64,000 nt of DNA. Origin: an uncultured virus (IMG/VR IMGVR_UViG_3300050202_000023). Its lineage: Duplodnaviria > Heunggongvirae > Uroviricota > Caudoviricetes. Of the stretch, positions 38,943 through 46,500 are shown one piece after another. How positions within the stretch are numbered: position 1 is the first letter of the stretch; every line of letters starts with the position of its first letter. The stretch lies in IMG/VR virus record IMGVR_UViG_3300050202_000023, one strand, 5' to 3'. The notes under the pieces were generated by a model. The model was given only the letters and a program-made list of their open reading frames with translations. It was not told the DNA's origin and ran no database searches. A program made the translations under genes and the position numbers.

Positions 38943-38994
38943 GCAAGAGTAGCTCAATCTGTAGAGACGGGTTCGAATCCCGTACCAAGTACCA
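38943..38994 (+). pseudogene. chimeric tRNA remnant without an anticodon arm
   Basis: GCAAGAG-TA-GCTC..GAG joined directly to T-arm ACGGG-TTCGAAT-CCCGT and ACCAAGT-A-CCA; the acceptor strands do not pair. Confidence 0.65.
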
Positions 38995-39096
38995 TGACTA
39001 TAAATAATATCTATAAAAGCTTTACCGTGATTTGCTCTGATTGGGCAAACGGGGAAGTTTATGTAGGTACGTAGATTAAAAGTCTACACATAAACT

Positions 39097-39134
39097 AAAC
39101 CCCGTCTAAGTAAAATTAGTCGGGGTTTTTCTTT
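39097..39134 (+). terminator. intrinsic terminator upstream of the first intact tRNA
   Basis: AAACCCCG-tctaa-gtaaaa-ttagt-CGGGGTTT followed by TTCTTT. Confidence 0.7.
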
Positions 39135-39167
39135 GGGAGGTTAGCATAGTTAATAAAGTAAATAAAT

Positions 39168-39239
39168 TGGTCAGTAGCTTAACGGTAAAGTGATCGGCTG
39201 TTAACCGATTTGATCTTAGTTCGAATCTAAGCTGACCAG
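39168..39239 (+). tRNA. trnN: tRNA-Asn(GTT)
   Basis: TGGTCAG/CTGACCA acceptor; ATCGG-CTGTTAA-CCGAT; TTCGAAT T-loop. Confidence 0.9.
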
Positions 39240-39253
39240 CTAAATTAACATAC

Positions 39254-39325
39254 GGTACTATGGTCTAATGGCTATGATCTTCGGTTGTCTCCCGAATAGT
39301 TTGAGTTCGATTCTCAATAGTACCG
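39254..39325 (+). tRNA. trnD: tRNA-Asp(GTC)
   Basis: GGTACTA/TAGTACC; TTCGG-TTGTCTC-CCGAA; TTGAG-TTCGATT-CTCAA. Confidence 0.85.
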
Positions 39326-39346
39326 CTAAAATTTTTTAATATTAAC

Positions 39347-39847
39347 TTGAAAAAAGATACAAACTCTAGAAAAACAGTACAGTTAGGGGCTCCTATTGGG
39401 ACTACCTCTAATAGACTTAAAAAGTCTATAATGCATTCTTTGTTAAAAAGACTTTCACTTAACTTTTGTTATAGATGTGCAGCAGAAATACTTACACCTG
39501 AAGAATTATCTATAGATCATAAAATAGATTGGTTAGACTCAAAAAATCCTACTGAATTATTTTATAATATTGATAATATTGCTTTTTCACATCACAGTTG
39601 TAATTGTGCTGCTGCTAAAAAGACAAATCAAAAATGTACAATAAGAAGCTCAGCCTCAAAGTTAAAAGGTGTTAGAAAACCAGATAGTAGAAAAATACAT
39701 TTTAGTATGGTTTTTAGACTCGATGGAAAGACTTTAATTTTTGGTGGGTATAAAACAGCTCTAGAAGCAGCTTTAGCTTATGATAAAAAAGCTATCGAGA
39801 TTTACGGAGACAAAGCAGTTACAAATAAAAATTTAGGGTTATTGTAA
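39347..39847 (+). CDS. HNH-AP2 homing endonuclease
   Basis: CYRC, SIDHK...NIAFSHHSCN (HNH) and ALEAALAYDKKAIEIYG (AP2). Confidence 0.8.
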   Translation: MKKDTNSRKTVQLGAPIGTTSNRLKKSIMHSLLKRLSLNFCYRCAAEILTPEELSIDHKIDWLDSKNPTELFYNIDNIAFSHHSCNCAAAKKTNQKCTIRSSASKLKGVRKPDSRKIHFSMVFRLDGKTLIFGGYKTALEAALAYDKKAIEIYGDKAVTNKNLGLL

Positions 39848-39853
39848 TCACAT

Positions 39854-39936
39854 GGGAACAATGCTAAACTGGATAAGCGCAAGTCTGTAAAACTTGTAAC
39901 CTGCATAGGTAAGTGGTTCGAGCCCACTTGGTCCCA
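39854..39936 (+). tRNA. trnY: tRNA-Tyr(GTA)
   Basis: CAAGT-CTGTAAA-ACTTG; long variable arm; AGTGG-TTCGAGC-CCACT. Confidence 0.85.
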
Positions 39937-39941
39937 CTTAT

Positions 39942-39967
39942 AGTCATCTAGTTCATCTGGTTAGAAC
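39942..39967 (+). pseudogene. tRNA 5' stub (acceptor strand and D-arm only)
   Basis: AGTCATC-TA-GTTC-ATCTGGTTA-GAAC, then unrelated sequence. Confidence 0.55.
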
Positions 39968-39972
39968 TAAAC

Positions 39973-40048
39973 ATTCAGGTAGCTCAATTGGTGGAGCATT
40001 TCTCTGATACAGAAAAGGTTGGGGGTTCGATTCCCTCTCTGAATACCA
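39973..40048 (+). tRNA. trnI: tRNA-Ile(GAT)
   Basis: ATTCAGG/TCTGAAT; TTTCT-CTGATAC-AGAAA; encoded CCA. Confidence 0.9.
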
Positions 40049-40065
40049 ACAGAGTTATTATTTTA

Positions 40066-40097
40066 CTTGCTTTAACCTTTATTTATTACTAATTTTG
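40066..40097 (+). promoter_or_regulatory. Bacteroidota-type promoter for HNH 40118
   Basis: CTTG, N20, TAATTTTG. Confidence 0.6.
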
Positions 40098-40117
40098 TTA
40101 ATAAATTAAAAAGCAGG

Positions 40118-40597
40118 ATGAAGATAGAAACAAAATTTCCATATAATGACTATGTTGGTTACATTGTTAATAATCCTAAAGATCGTAAAAAATTATGTCT
40201 AGTTCATAAACAAACAAAGCAACGAACTACAGTTTCCTATGCTCGTTATTTAATGGCAGTAAAAGAAAAAAGACTACTAAACTCGAATGAGCAGGTTGAT
40301 CACATCGACGAAAATCGACATAACGATGTTATTGAAAACCTTCAAATATTAACAGGTTTTGAAAATAGTAAAAAAAATAGGATTGCCAGAAAGCTATCAA
40401 GAAAATGGCTTTTACTTGAATGTCCGGGTTGTAAAATTGTATTTGAAAAATTACATAATCAATCTTTTATAACAAAAAAAGGATTATTCAATGCTTGTTC
40501 AAATACATGTAAGTATAATGTGCTAAAAAAGGGCCTTAGCATTGAGGAACTTAAGCTAGTAGGTGAAAGACAAATACTAAAAGAATTTAGAGTATAA
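40118..40597 (+). CDS. HNH homing endonuclease with a C-terminal zinc ribbon
   Basis: QVDHIDENRHNDVIENLQIL; CPGC...CSNTC. Confidence 0.85.
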   Translation: MKIETKFPYNDYVGYIVNNPKDRKKLCLVHKQTKQRTTVSYARYLMAVKEKRLLNSNEQVDHIDENRHNDVIENLQILTGFENSKKNRIARKLSRKWLLLECPGCKIVFEKLHNQSFITKKGLFNACSNTCKYNVLKKGLSIEELKLVGERQILKEFRV

Positions 40598-40600
40598 AAT

Positions 40601-40674
40601 GGATCTGTAACTCAGTTTGGTAGAGTGTTTGTTTTACATACAAAAAGCCCTAGGTTCAAATCCTAGCAGATTCA
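40601..40674 (+). tRNA. trnV: tRNA-Val(TAC)
   Basis: GGATCTG/CAGATTC; TTTGT-TTTACAT-ACAAA; CTAGG-TTCAAAT-CCTAG. Confidence 0.85.
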
Positions 40675-40679
40675 CAAAT

Positions 40680-40707
40680 GGACTTGTAGCTCAACTGGTA
40701 AAAGCAA
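40680..40707 (+). pseudogene. tRNA 5' stub abutting the stop codon of an antisense HNH gene
   Basis: GGACTTG-TA-GCTC-AACTGGTA-AAAGC-AA, then the HNH stop at 40708. Confidence 0.65.
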
Positions 40708-41232
40708 TTATTTCCAATTATTATTTTGTGGATAATGATGTTCTGCATGACAGTTAGCACATAAAACTAGACAGTGTTTAATTTCTTGTTCAATTTTTAT
40801 AATACTTGTGTTACTAAAAGTTCGCATATCAAGACTAAAGTTTTTAATCCCTATATTATGATGAAAATGCAACGCTGACTGATTTTTATCGTAGCCACAT
40901 TTAGAACAAGCCCCTCCTAAAAGTTTTAGATAATGAGCTTTTCTTTTGTTTCCACGTTTATATTGACAATAAGTAGTATTACTATTATCTTGTTTGTGTT
41001 TTTTGTAATGAGCTTTTTGTCTACAGTTAGCAGAACAATATTTAACTTGAGTAGAGGTTAAGTCAGTACTACATATAAAGCATTTACTATCGCCTATATT
41101 AGTGTTAGTTGTATGGAGACCGTGCTTTTTAATCCAGTACCGAATAGTAGTTTGACTTACTTTTAATTCATCTGCTATTTTGTAAGTTGATTTACCTAAA
41201 ACGATTAATTGTTGTAAATTAGTTTTTTCCAT
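40708..41232 (-). CDS. HTH-zinc finger-HNH endonuclease, antisense to the tRNAs
   Basis: STYKIADELKVSQTTIRYWIKK (HTH), CFIC/YCSANC, CSKCGY...LHFHH...LCANCHAEHH. Confidence 0.85.
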   Translation of the reverse strand: MEKTNLQQLIVLGKSTYKIADELKVSQTTIRYWIKKHGLHTTNTNIGDSKCFICSTDLTSTQVKYCSANCRQKAHYKKHKQDNSNTTYCQYKRGNKRKAHYLKLLGGACSKCGYDKNQSALHFHHNIGIKNFSLDMRTFSNTSIIKIEQEIKHCLVLCANCHAEHHYPQNNNWK

Positions 41233-41317
41233 AGCTTACTTGTTTATAATTTTTATAAATATAACTAATGAGCTAGAAGAATACTAGTTAAAGTTAAAGT
41301 TTTTTACATTATTATAA

Positions 41318-41397
41318 CCAGAGTTACCAGTGGATGCTTATACCATCTATACCTGTAGCGGTTGTTGAAAACGGGAGTTCAAATCTCTCACTCTGGA
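41318..41397 (+). ncRNA. non-canonical tRNA-Ile(TAT)-like RNA with no D-arm and a long variable region
   Basis: CCAGAGT/ACTCTGG acceptor; GTGGATG-CTTATAC-CATCTAT; 22-nt insert; GGGAG-TTCAAAT-CTCTC. Confidence 0.65.
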
Positions 41398-41439
41398 CTC
41401 ATACCTAGACAGTCACAAGTTCGAATCTTGTCGGTCCCA
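41398..41439 (+). pseudogene. 3' half of a tRNA(CAT) gene
   Basis: CT-CAT-AC-CTAGA-CAGTC-ACAAG-TTCGAAT-CTTGT-CGGTCCC-A, with no matching 5' half found. Confidence 0.6.
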
Positions 41440-41503
41440 CTAAACTAATTTTTAATTTCTAAACACCATGTATTATGGAAAGTGACAAGAGTGACAAACT
41501 AAT

Positions 41504-41578
41504 GTACTCGTAGCAAAATGTGGCTTTGCATCTCACTTTTAATGAGAAATAAAATGGGTTCGACTCCCATCGGGTACA
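41504..41578 (+). tRNA. trnK: tRNA-Lys(TTT)
   Basis: GTACTCG/CGGGTAC; TCTCA-CTTTTAA-TGAGA; ATGGG-TTCGACT-CCCAT. Confidence 0.85.
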
Positions 41579-41579
41579 C

Positions 41580-41655
41580 TATTAGATACCTAATATTGGT
41601 AGTGGGAATAATCTGCAAAATTATTGAAGTCAGGGTTCGATTCCCTGTCTAATCT
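41580..41655 (+). tRNA. trnC: tRNA-Cys(GCA), first acceptor pair mismatched
   Basis: ATTAGA/TCTAAT; ATAAT-CTGCAAA-ATTAT; CAGGG-TTCGATT-CCCTG; U73. Confidence 0.75.
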
Positions 41656-41661
41656 CAACAT

Positions 41662-41734
41662 GGTGCTGTTACCAAGATGGTCAAGGTACCAGACTGAAAA
41701 TCTGGCTATGTAGGTTCGAGTCCTACCAGTACCA
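41662..41734 (+). tRNA. trnF: tRNA-Phe(GAA)
   Basis: GGTGCTG/CAGTACC; CCAGA-CTGAAAA-TCTGG. Confidence 0.9.
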
Positions 41735-41806
41735 CAAAATAATAATTGGTTAATACTAATTGTTATTGTAATTTAGCAGTGTTATTCACCTTAAACATTT
41801 ACAACT

Positions 41807-41842
41807 ATGCTGTAGATAACTATTCGAGGACCGTGTTCATAA
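41807..41842 (+). promoter_or_regulatory. putative leader ORF M-L-(TAG)-I-T-I-R-G-P-C-S-stop
   Basis: ATG CTG TAG ATA ACT ATT CGA GGA CCG TGT TCA TAA after an A-rich initiation region; 49 nt upstream of the operon containing Pth2. Confidence 0.55.
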
Positions 41843-41891
41843 ATGTTTGCTGGAATTTGAAATAATCAGTTTTAAATTTAACAATCATATT

Positions 41892-42197
41892 ATGAATGCT
41901 TTAAAAGAGTTAATCAAAGAAAAAGCTGCTTTGCAGCCAGTTTACAAGAATCAACGAAAAACAGTAAACCTTGTCGGTGAACGTACAATAGCACCTGATA
42001 CAGCTACTGCTGAGCACAAGTATAACCGAGAAGACTTAAAAGAATTGTATATAGCTTATACAATCCTTAGAGAAAAAGACCCTTTACTGGCTTGTGCTGG
42101 ATATAAGGACTTTTCAACTTGGGAATTAAACCGGATTCAAACAATTATAGATCGTTTCCAGAGCGAGTTTATCCGTGAAGTTGTACATACTAGTTGA
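41892..42197 (+). CDS. hypothetical helical protein overlapping the Pth2-like gene
   Basis: ATG 41892, in frame with track ORF 41847; NQRKTV...ELYIAYTILR. Confidence 0.75.
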   Translation: MNALKELIKEKAALQPVYKNQRKTVNLVGERTIAPDTATAEHKYNREDLKELYIAYTILREKDPLLACAGYKDFSTWELNRIQTIIDRFQSEFIREVVHTS

Positions 42198-42459
42198 TTC
42201 TAGTTTACCATTAGCTTACCGAAGTGTGCAGGGTGGTCATGCTGTAGCCCAGTGGTTACTCGATCATCCTGCACAAAGCTGGAATAATCACATACTAGTA
42301 TACTTAGATTGTCCTGATCTGGAACTGTGGCAAACTAAATTACAACGGTACCGGTTAGACTATAGTGTATTTATTGAACCTGATCTTGGTAATCAATTAA
42401 CTGCACTGGCCGTATACACGGATAAGAAAGTTTTATCCCGGCTAAATTTAATGAATTAA
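42175..42459 (+). CDS. peptidyl-tRNA hydrolase type 2 (Pth2)-like protein
   Basis: KLYILVDSSL, VQGGHAVA and FIEPDLGNQLTALA match the Pth2-fold motifs. Confidence 0.8.
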   Translation: MKLYILVDSSLPLAYRSVQGGHAVAQWLLDHPAQSWNNHILVYLDCPDLELWQTKLQRYRLDYSVFIEPDLGNQLTALAVYTDKKVLSRLNLMN

Positions 42460-42466
42460 CAACGTT

Positions 42467-42538
42467 GTTTGCTTAGCATTAGGGTAATGCACCAGCTTCT
42501 AAACCTGACTTAAAGGGGTTCGATCCCCCTAGCAAACA
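42467..42538 (+). tRNA. putative amber-suppressor tRNA (anticodon CTA) with a weak anticodon stem
   Basis: GTTTGCT/AGCAAAC; GCAT/ATGC D-stem; CCAGC-TT-CTA-AA-CCTGA (only 3 central pairs); AGGGG-TTCGATC-CCCCT. An Arg(TCT) register pairs worse. Confidence 0.6.
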
Positions 42539-42544
42539 CTAAAT

Positions 42545-42616
42545 GGCTTTATGGTGTAATGGATAGCATGATTCATTTCGGCTGAATTGGTGAGAGTTCG
42601 AATCTTTCTAAAGCTA
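42545..42616 (+). tRNA. trnR: tRNA-Arg(TCG)
   Basis: GGCTTTA/TAAAGCT; ATTCA-TTTCGGC-TGAAT. Confidence 0.8.
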
Positions 42617-42621
42617 CAAAT

Positions 42622-42703
42622 GCTTCTGTGGTGGAACTGGTATACACGTTTGACTTAAAATCAAATGCTCTAGGGATTGGGGGTTCAAATCCCCCCAGAA
42701 GTA
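42622..42703 (+). tRNA. trnL: tRNA-Leu(TAA)
   Basis: GCTTCTG/CAGAAGT; TTTGA-CTTAAAA-TCAAA; long variable arm. Confidence 0.9.
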
Positions 42704-42713
42704 CTATTTATAT

Positions 42714-42737
42714 TGCCCTATAGCTCAATTTGTAAGA
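42714..42737 (+). pseudogene. tRNA 5' stub upstream of an HNH promoter
   Basis: TGCCCTA-TA-GCTCAATTTGTAAG, then an AT-rich promoter region. Confidence 0.5.
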
Positions 42738-42760
42738 TTTAAAAATAATAAAAAGTAACA

Positions 42761-42792
42761 CTTGACAAAGACTTTGAGCTATTGTATCTTTG
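42761..42792 (+). promoter_or_regulatory. Bacteroidota-type promoter for HNH 42796 (near-leaderless transcript)
   Basis: CTTG, N20, TATCTTTG, with ATG 3 nt downstream. Confidence 0.7.
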
Positions 42793-42795
42793 AGT

Positions 42796-43383
42796 ATGGG
42801 AAAAGAAGTACTAGAAAGTTACTTAGCATTAGGATATTCAACACGTCGGATTGTTGAAGAATCAGGTTTAGCACAAACAACAGTAAGATACTGGTTAAAA
42901 AAATACAATCTTAAAGCTGTTGGCACTGGTTTTACTAAAAAATGGACTGATAATGAATTAATAGATGCTGTTAAAACAAATAGTTGTGCAGCAGATATTA
43001 TGAGAGCTTTAGGTTTGAAAACTACAGGAACTGGTAATTATGAAACATTAGACAGACATGCTAAACGTTTAAACTTAATTATACCTAGAGGATATAAAAT
43101 CCCTGTTAATACTAAAAACAGAACGGCCTCTGATAAAATGTTTTATTCAAATAGCTCTATAAGTAGATCTACTATTAAAAGACAATTATTATCTGAAGGT
43201 TTAGGAACCACTTGTAATATATGCAAACAATCTAATACGTGGCTTAATAAGCCCTTAGTATTAATATTAGACCATATTAATGGGATTAATAACGACAATC
43301 GAAGAGAAAACTTACAATTTGTTTGTCCAAATTGTAATTCACAACTAAGTACACATTGTAAAAAAAATAAAACTGGGGTATAG
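42796..43383 (+). CDS. HTH-HNH homing endonuclease
   Basis: STRRIVEESGLAQTTVRYWLKK; CNIC; LILDHINGINNDNRRENLQFVCPNC. Confidence 0.85.
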   Translation: MGKEVLESYLALGYSTRRIVEESGLAQTTVRYWLKKYNLKAVGTGFTKKWTDNELIDAVKTNSCAADIMRALGLKTTGTGNYETLDRHAKRLNLIIPRGYKIPVNTKNRTASDKMFYSNSSISRSTIKRQLLSEGLGTTCNICKQSNTWLNKPLVLILDHINGINNDNRRENLQFVCPNCNSQLSTHCKKNKTGV

Positions 43384-43447
43384 TATAATGGCAGTACAAA
43401 AGTTTTTGGAGCTTTTTGTGATAGTTCGAATCTATCTGCCCCATCCA
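43374..43447 (+). tRNA. trnQ: tRNA-Gln(TTG)
   Basis: TGGGGTA/TGCCCCA; AAAGT-TTTTGGA-GCTTT; encoded CCA; overlaps the HNH stop codon. Confidence 0.85.
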
Positions 43448-43517
43448 AGCAAGTATCTTAATGGCAAAGTCCCGGATTGTGTCTCCGGTTATCAGGGTTC
43501 GACTCCCTGCTTGCTGA
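43448..43517 (+). tRNA. trnH: tRNA-His(GTG), shortened acceptor 5' end
   Basis: AGCAAG/CTTGCT; CCGGA-TTGTGTC-TCCGG; CAGGG-TTCGACT-CCCTG. Confidence 0.7.
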
Positions 43518-43523
43518 CTTTAC

Positions 43524-43564
43524 AAAAAAACCCTGCTTAGTTTATCTAGGCAGGGTTTCTTGTT
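43524..43564. terminator. bidirectional intrinsic terminator
   Basis: A7-CCCTGCTTAG-tttat-CTAGGCAGGG-TTTCTT between convergent units. Confidence 0.8.
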
Positions 43565-46500
43565 TTATTCACATTGTCTCATTAATTCTTTAACTATATC
43601 AGAAACATCTGGGTTTGGATTAATTTGCTGACGAGTAGTAGGAACACCCTTAACTACTGGTTTTTCCAATAAAGCAGCTACTGAATAAATGATAGAATCA
43701 TCTCCACTTTCATAAATTTCATTTATGTCATCAGGATTAATTGAAGCTACATTAGAATCATCAATTGGTAAACCTGTAAGTTCATCATTAATTAGTGAGG
43801 CAACTTCAGAATCAAGTCCTAAATCAACTAATGTTACTAGTGCTTTATTTAGATTGGTAGTAACTACATCATGCGGTACTTCAGCAACTTCAGGTTCAGG
43901 TAAAGCATTCTCTAACTGAGTTGGTAACGTTGTTGGGGCTAATACTTCAATTTCATCACCAGTAATGGGCTGAACCGGTAGTAAATTCCAATTCATATCA
44001 ATCCGTTTAAATACGGCTTTAGATGTAACAGCTACAAGACGTTCATACTGGTTATTTGAACCCTGCTGAATATCAATTGTTACTGGAGGATTTTGTAAAG
44101 GTTCTTTAGTATTTTGTTTCTTAAACGTAGATAAAACTTTTTCAAGTTCTTTTTGAAGTACGGCTTCGTCTCCTTGTTGAACTACATTAATTGGAATACT
44201 GTCAGAATAATAACTTCCCTCACTGGTAGTAACCATTAAATTTAGTTTTGAGTCTGATCCACCAAGTCTGTTACCAACAATTTCTCCTTGCATAACTAGA
44301 CCTCCTTTATCCCGGTACACGATAAAGAATCCTTCTTTACCACTCTGGAAAGGTTTATTTTCTTTAATCAAACCAAGTAAGTTACTAATACCGGTATCAT
44401 TTACTACTCTAAATGGAAAATAAGTACTAGTACCTCCTCTAAGTGTTTCAGCATCAGTTCCTTGAACCAGTAAATACATACCGGGGGTTTTAGTCTTCCA
44501 TGTATCAGGAGCTGTTAACTTAGCTAACATAGCACTACCCGGAGCAAACAGTTGATTATACTGTTGTTCAGTAACAATTGTTGTGTCTGCTTGGTCACCG
44601 GGAACATGGGTTATAATTGGCTTACCAGTGTTTTTCTCAAACTCAAGTCTGACAATAAGTTTAGTATCACCTTGAAATCCAGAAGTTACTAATTTACTAA
44701 TTGGAAGTTTATTTCTTGCAAAGAAAGGTTTACTTTTAAGTGTATTTAATGATAGGTTATTAAGTAACTGTACTGTTGTTGGAGTTATCTGTCCATCATT
44801 AAATGTGTTTACTATAGTATCAACTATTTCCCGGTATCTCATAGCCGAATCCATAAACTCATCATACTTGGTAAACGTGTTAATCCAGCCCTGTTTTTGT
44901 AAAAACTCGTAAAGGGTTGGTCCACCAAGACTAAGTACATCTGTTAATGCTGGTGTTTGTAGTGTGTCATGAACAGGTAAAAGTCGAAGTTTTCTTTTTT
45001 GATCAAGTGTTAGTACGTCAGCTTTGTGCAATTCTGCTAAAAGTAGTTTAGTAATAAATAAACTTTCGTCTATTGTAATAACTAAAAAAGGTTTATTATC
45101 AGGATTACCTTTTCTGGTACCAACTAAATACATAGGTGTAGTAACCCGGTGTAAACCCGGATCTTGTAGTAAAGGCTTTGCTTTACTAACTTTTGCTTTT
45201 ACAGCATCTTCATCAGGTTCAAGAAGTGACCAGTCAACGTGATCAGACAACTTTTGATTAGCTGGTAAGTTTGTTATAAACTCACGGTCTTCCGCTAACT
45301 GTTCCCAAATAATTCTATTTGCTGTATTCTTTTCCCGTTGCTCATCGGATAGTTTTATATCATCCTCAAGTTCATCTTGATTAAACCATATTGGAAAATC
45401 ATCAATAACAGTCATTGCTGTATTAAAAAACTTTCCAGCTAAATCTCCAAGATCACTAATTTTAGTAAACACCCTATTTTGAATAGGTACGTACTTTTTT
45501 GCTGGAGGACGTACTACTGGATTTACTACAGGTTTAGTAGCTACGGGTACAGGGGGTGTTGGTGGTGCTGGAGGTTCTTCTCCAAATAAATCATCACCTG
45601 TTATTGGAGATAATCCAGCAACTTGTTCAGGAGTTTCTAAAGGAATTTCAACCTCATCCGGGTCAATTGGCTTTTCTACTACAGGCTTGGCTGGATACAG
45701 TAAAGCATAGTCCCGTATAATCTCTTCAATTAGATCTGTAGGTAACACTCCGGGATTATCCAGTACCTTCTTTTCGATTAACTCTTTTAACTTTTTGCCA
45801 TCACTATCTAGTTTATCCTGTCTTATACGAATCGTTTCATCGTCTTCTTCAGCTAATTCTAAAACAGCCTGTACAGTATCGTCGTAAGCCTGTTTCTTAG
45901 CTTTTTCTGTGGTAAGCTTTTCTGTAATTTCCGTAGTTAACGTATCCAGTGTTACAACTGGGTCATTCATAAACTGAGCTATATTCTGATCAATGTATTG
46001 ATCCAGTGGACCTAGATAAAACTCAGCATCTTTTAAGTTTGGAAACAGCTTTAGAATACCGGCTTTAAGTTTTGATTTGGCCTGAATTTCTACAGCATCA
46101 TTTTGAGACTTTTGAAAAGCAAGATACTTTTCTGATTTTTTAACCCACGTATCAAATGCATTTTGACTGGTAAGACCGTTAAAAAGATCACTAAGTTTTA
46201 CAATAGAATCTTTTAAACTGTTAGCGTCAAAACTTGCCTGAAGTAATTCTTTTAGTTCTTCGTCAGTAGTTGTCCGACTAATTTTATTATCAGTTAATAA
46301 ATCCTCTTTAATAGCTTTAAGTACATCCTCATAATTACCAAAGCCATTACTTTGTAACTGAACAATAGTCATTAACCGTTTGGTTAACTGATCACGTTCT
46401 TTTTGCTGAGAAGCCTGTACGTCTTTTTCAAGTTTATCAAGACCATCTGTAGCATTTTCATTTTCACCTAAAGCACGAGACAGATGTTCACGCTTAGCTA

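Noticed and set aside
38845..38994. tmRNA (ends in a T-arm plus ACCA)
   Set aside because: Only about 150 nt, with no tag ORF and no alanine-type acceptor stem; better explained as a leader plus a chimeric tRNA remnant.
40680..41439. tRNA-Met interrupted by an HNH-encoding intron, or trans-spliced tRNA halves
   Set aside because: The 5' acceptor strand GGACTTG does not pair in register with CGGTCCC, the 5' anticodon strand is missing, and no group I core or complementary guide sequences are visible.
43143..43448. 101-aa minus-strand ORF
   Set aside because: Antisense shadow of tRNA-Gln and the HNH gene.
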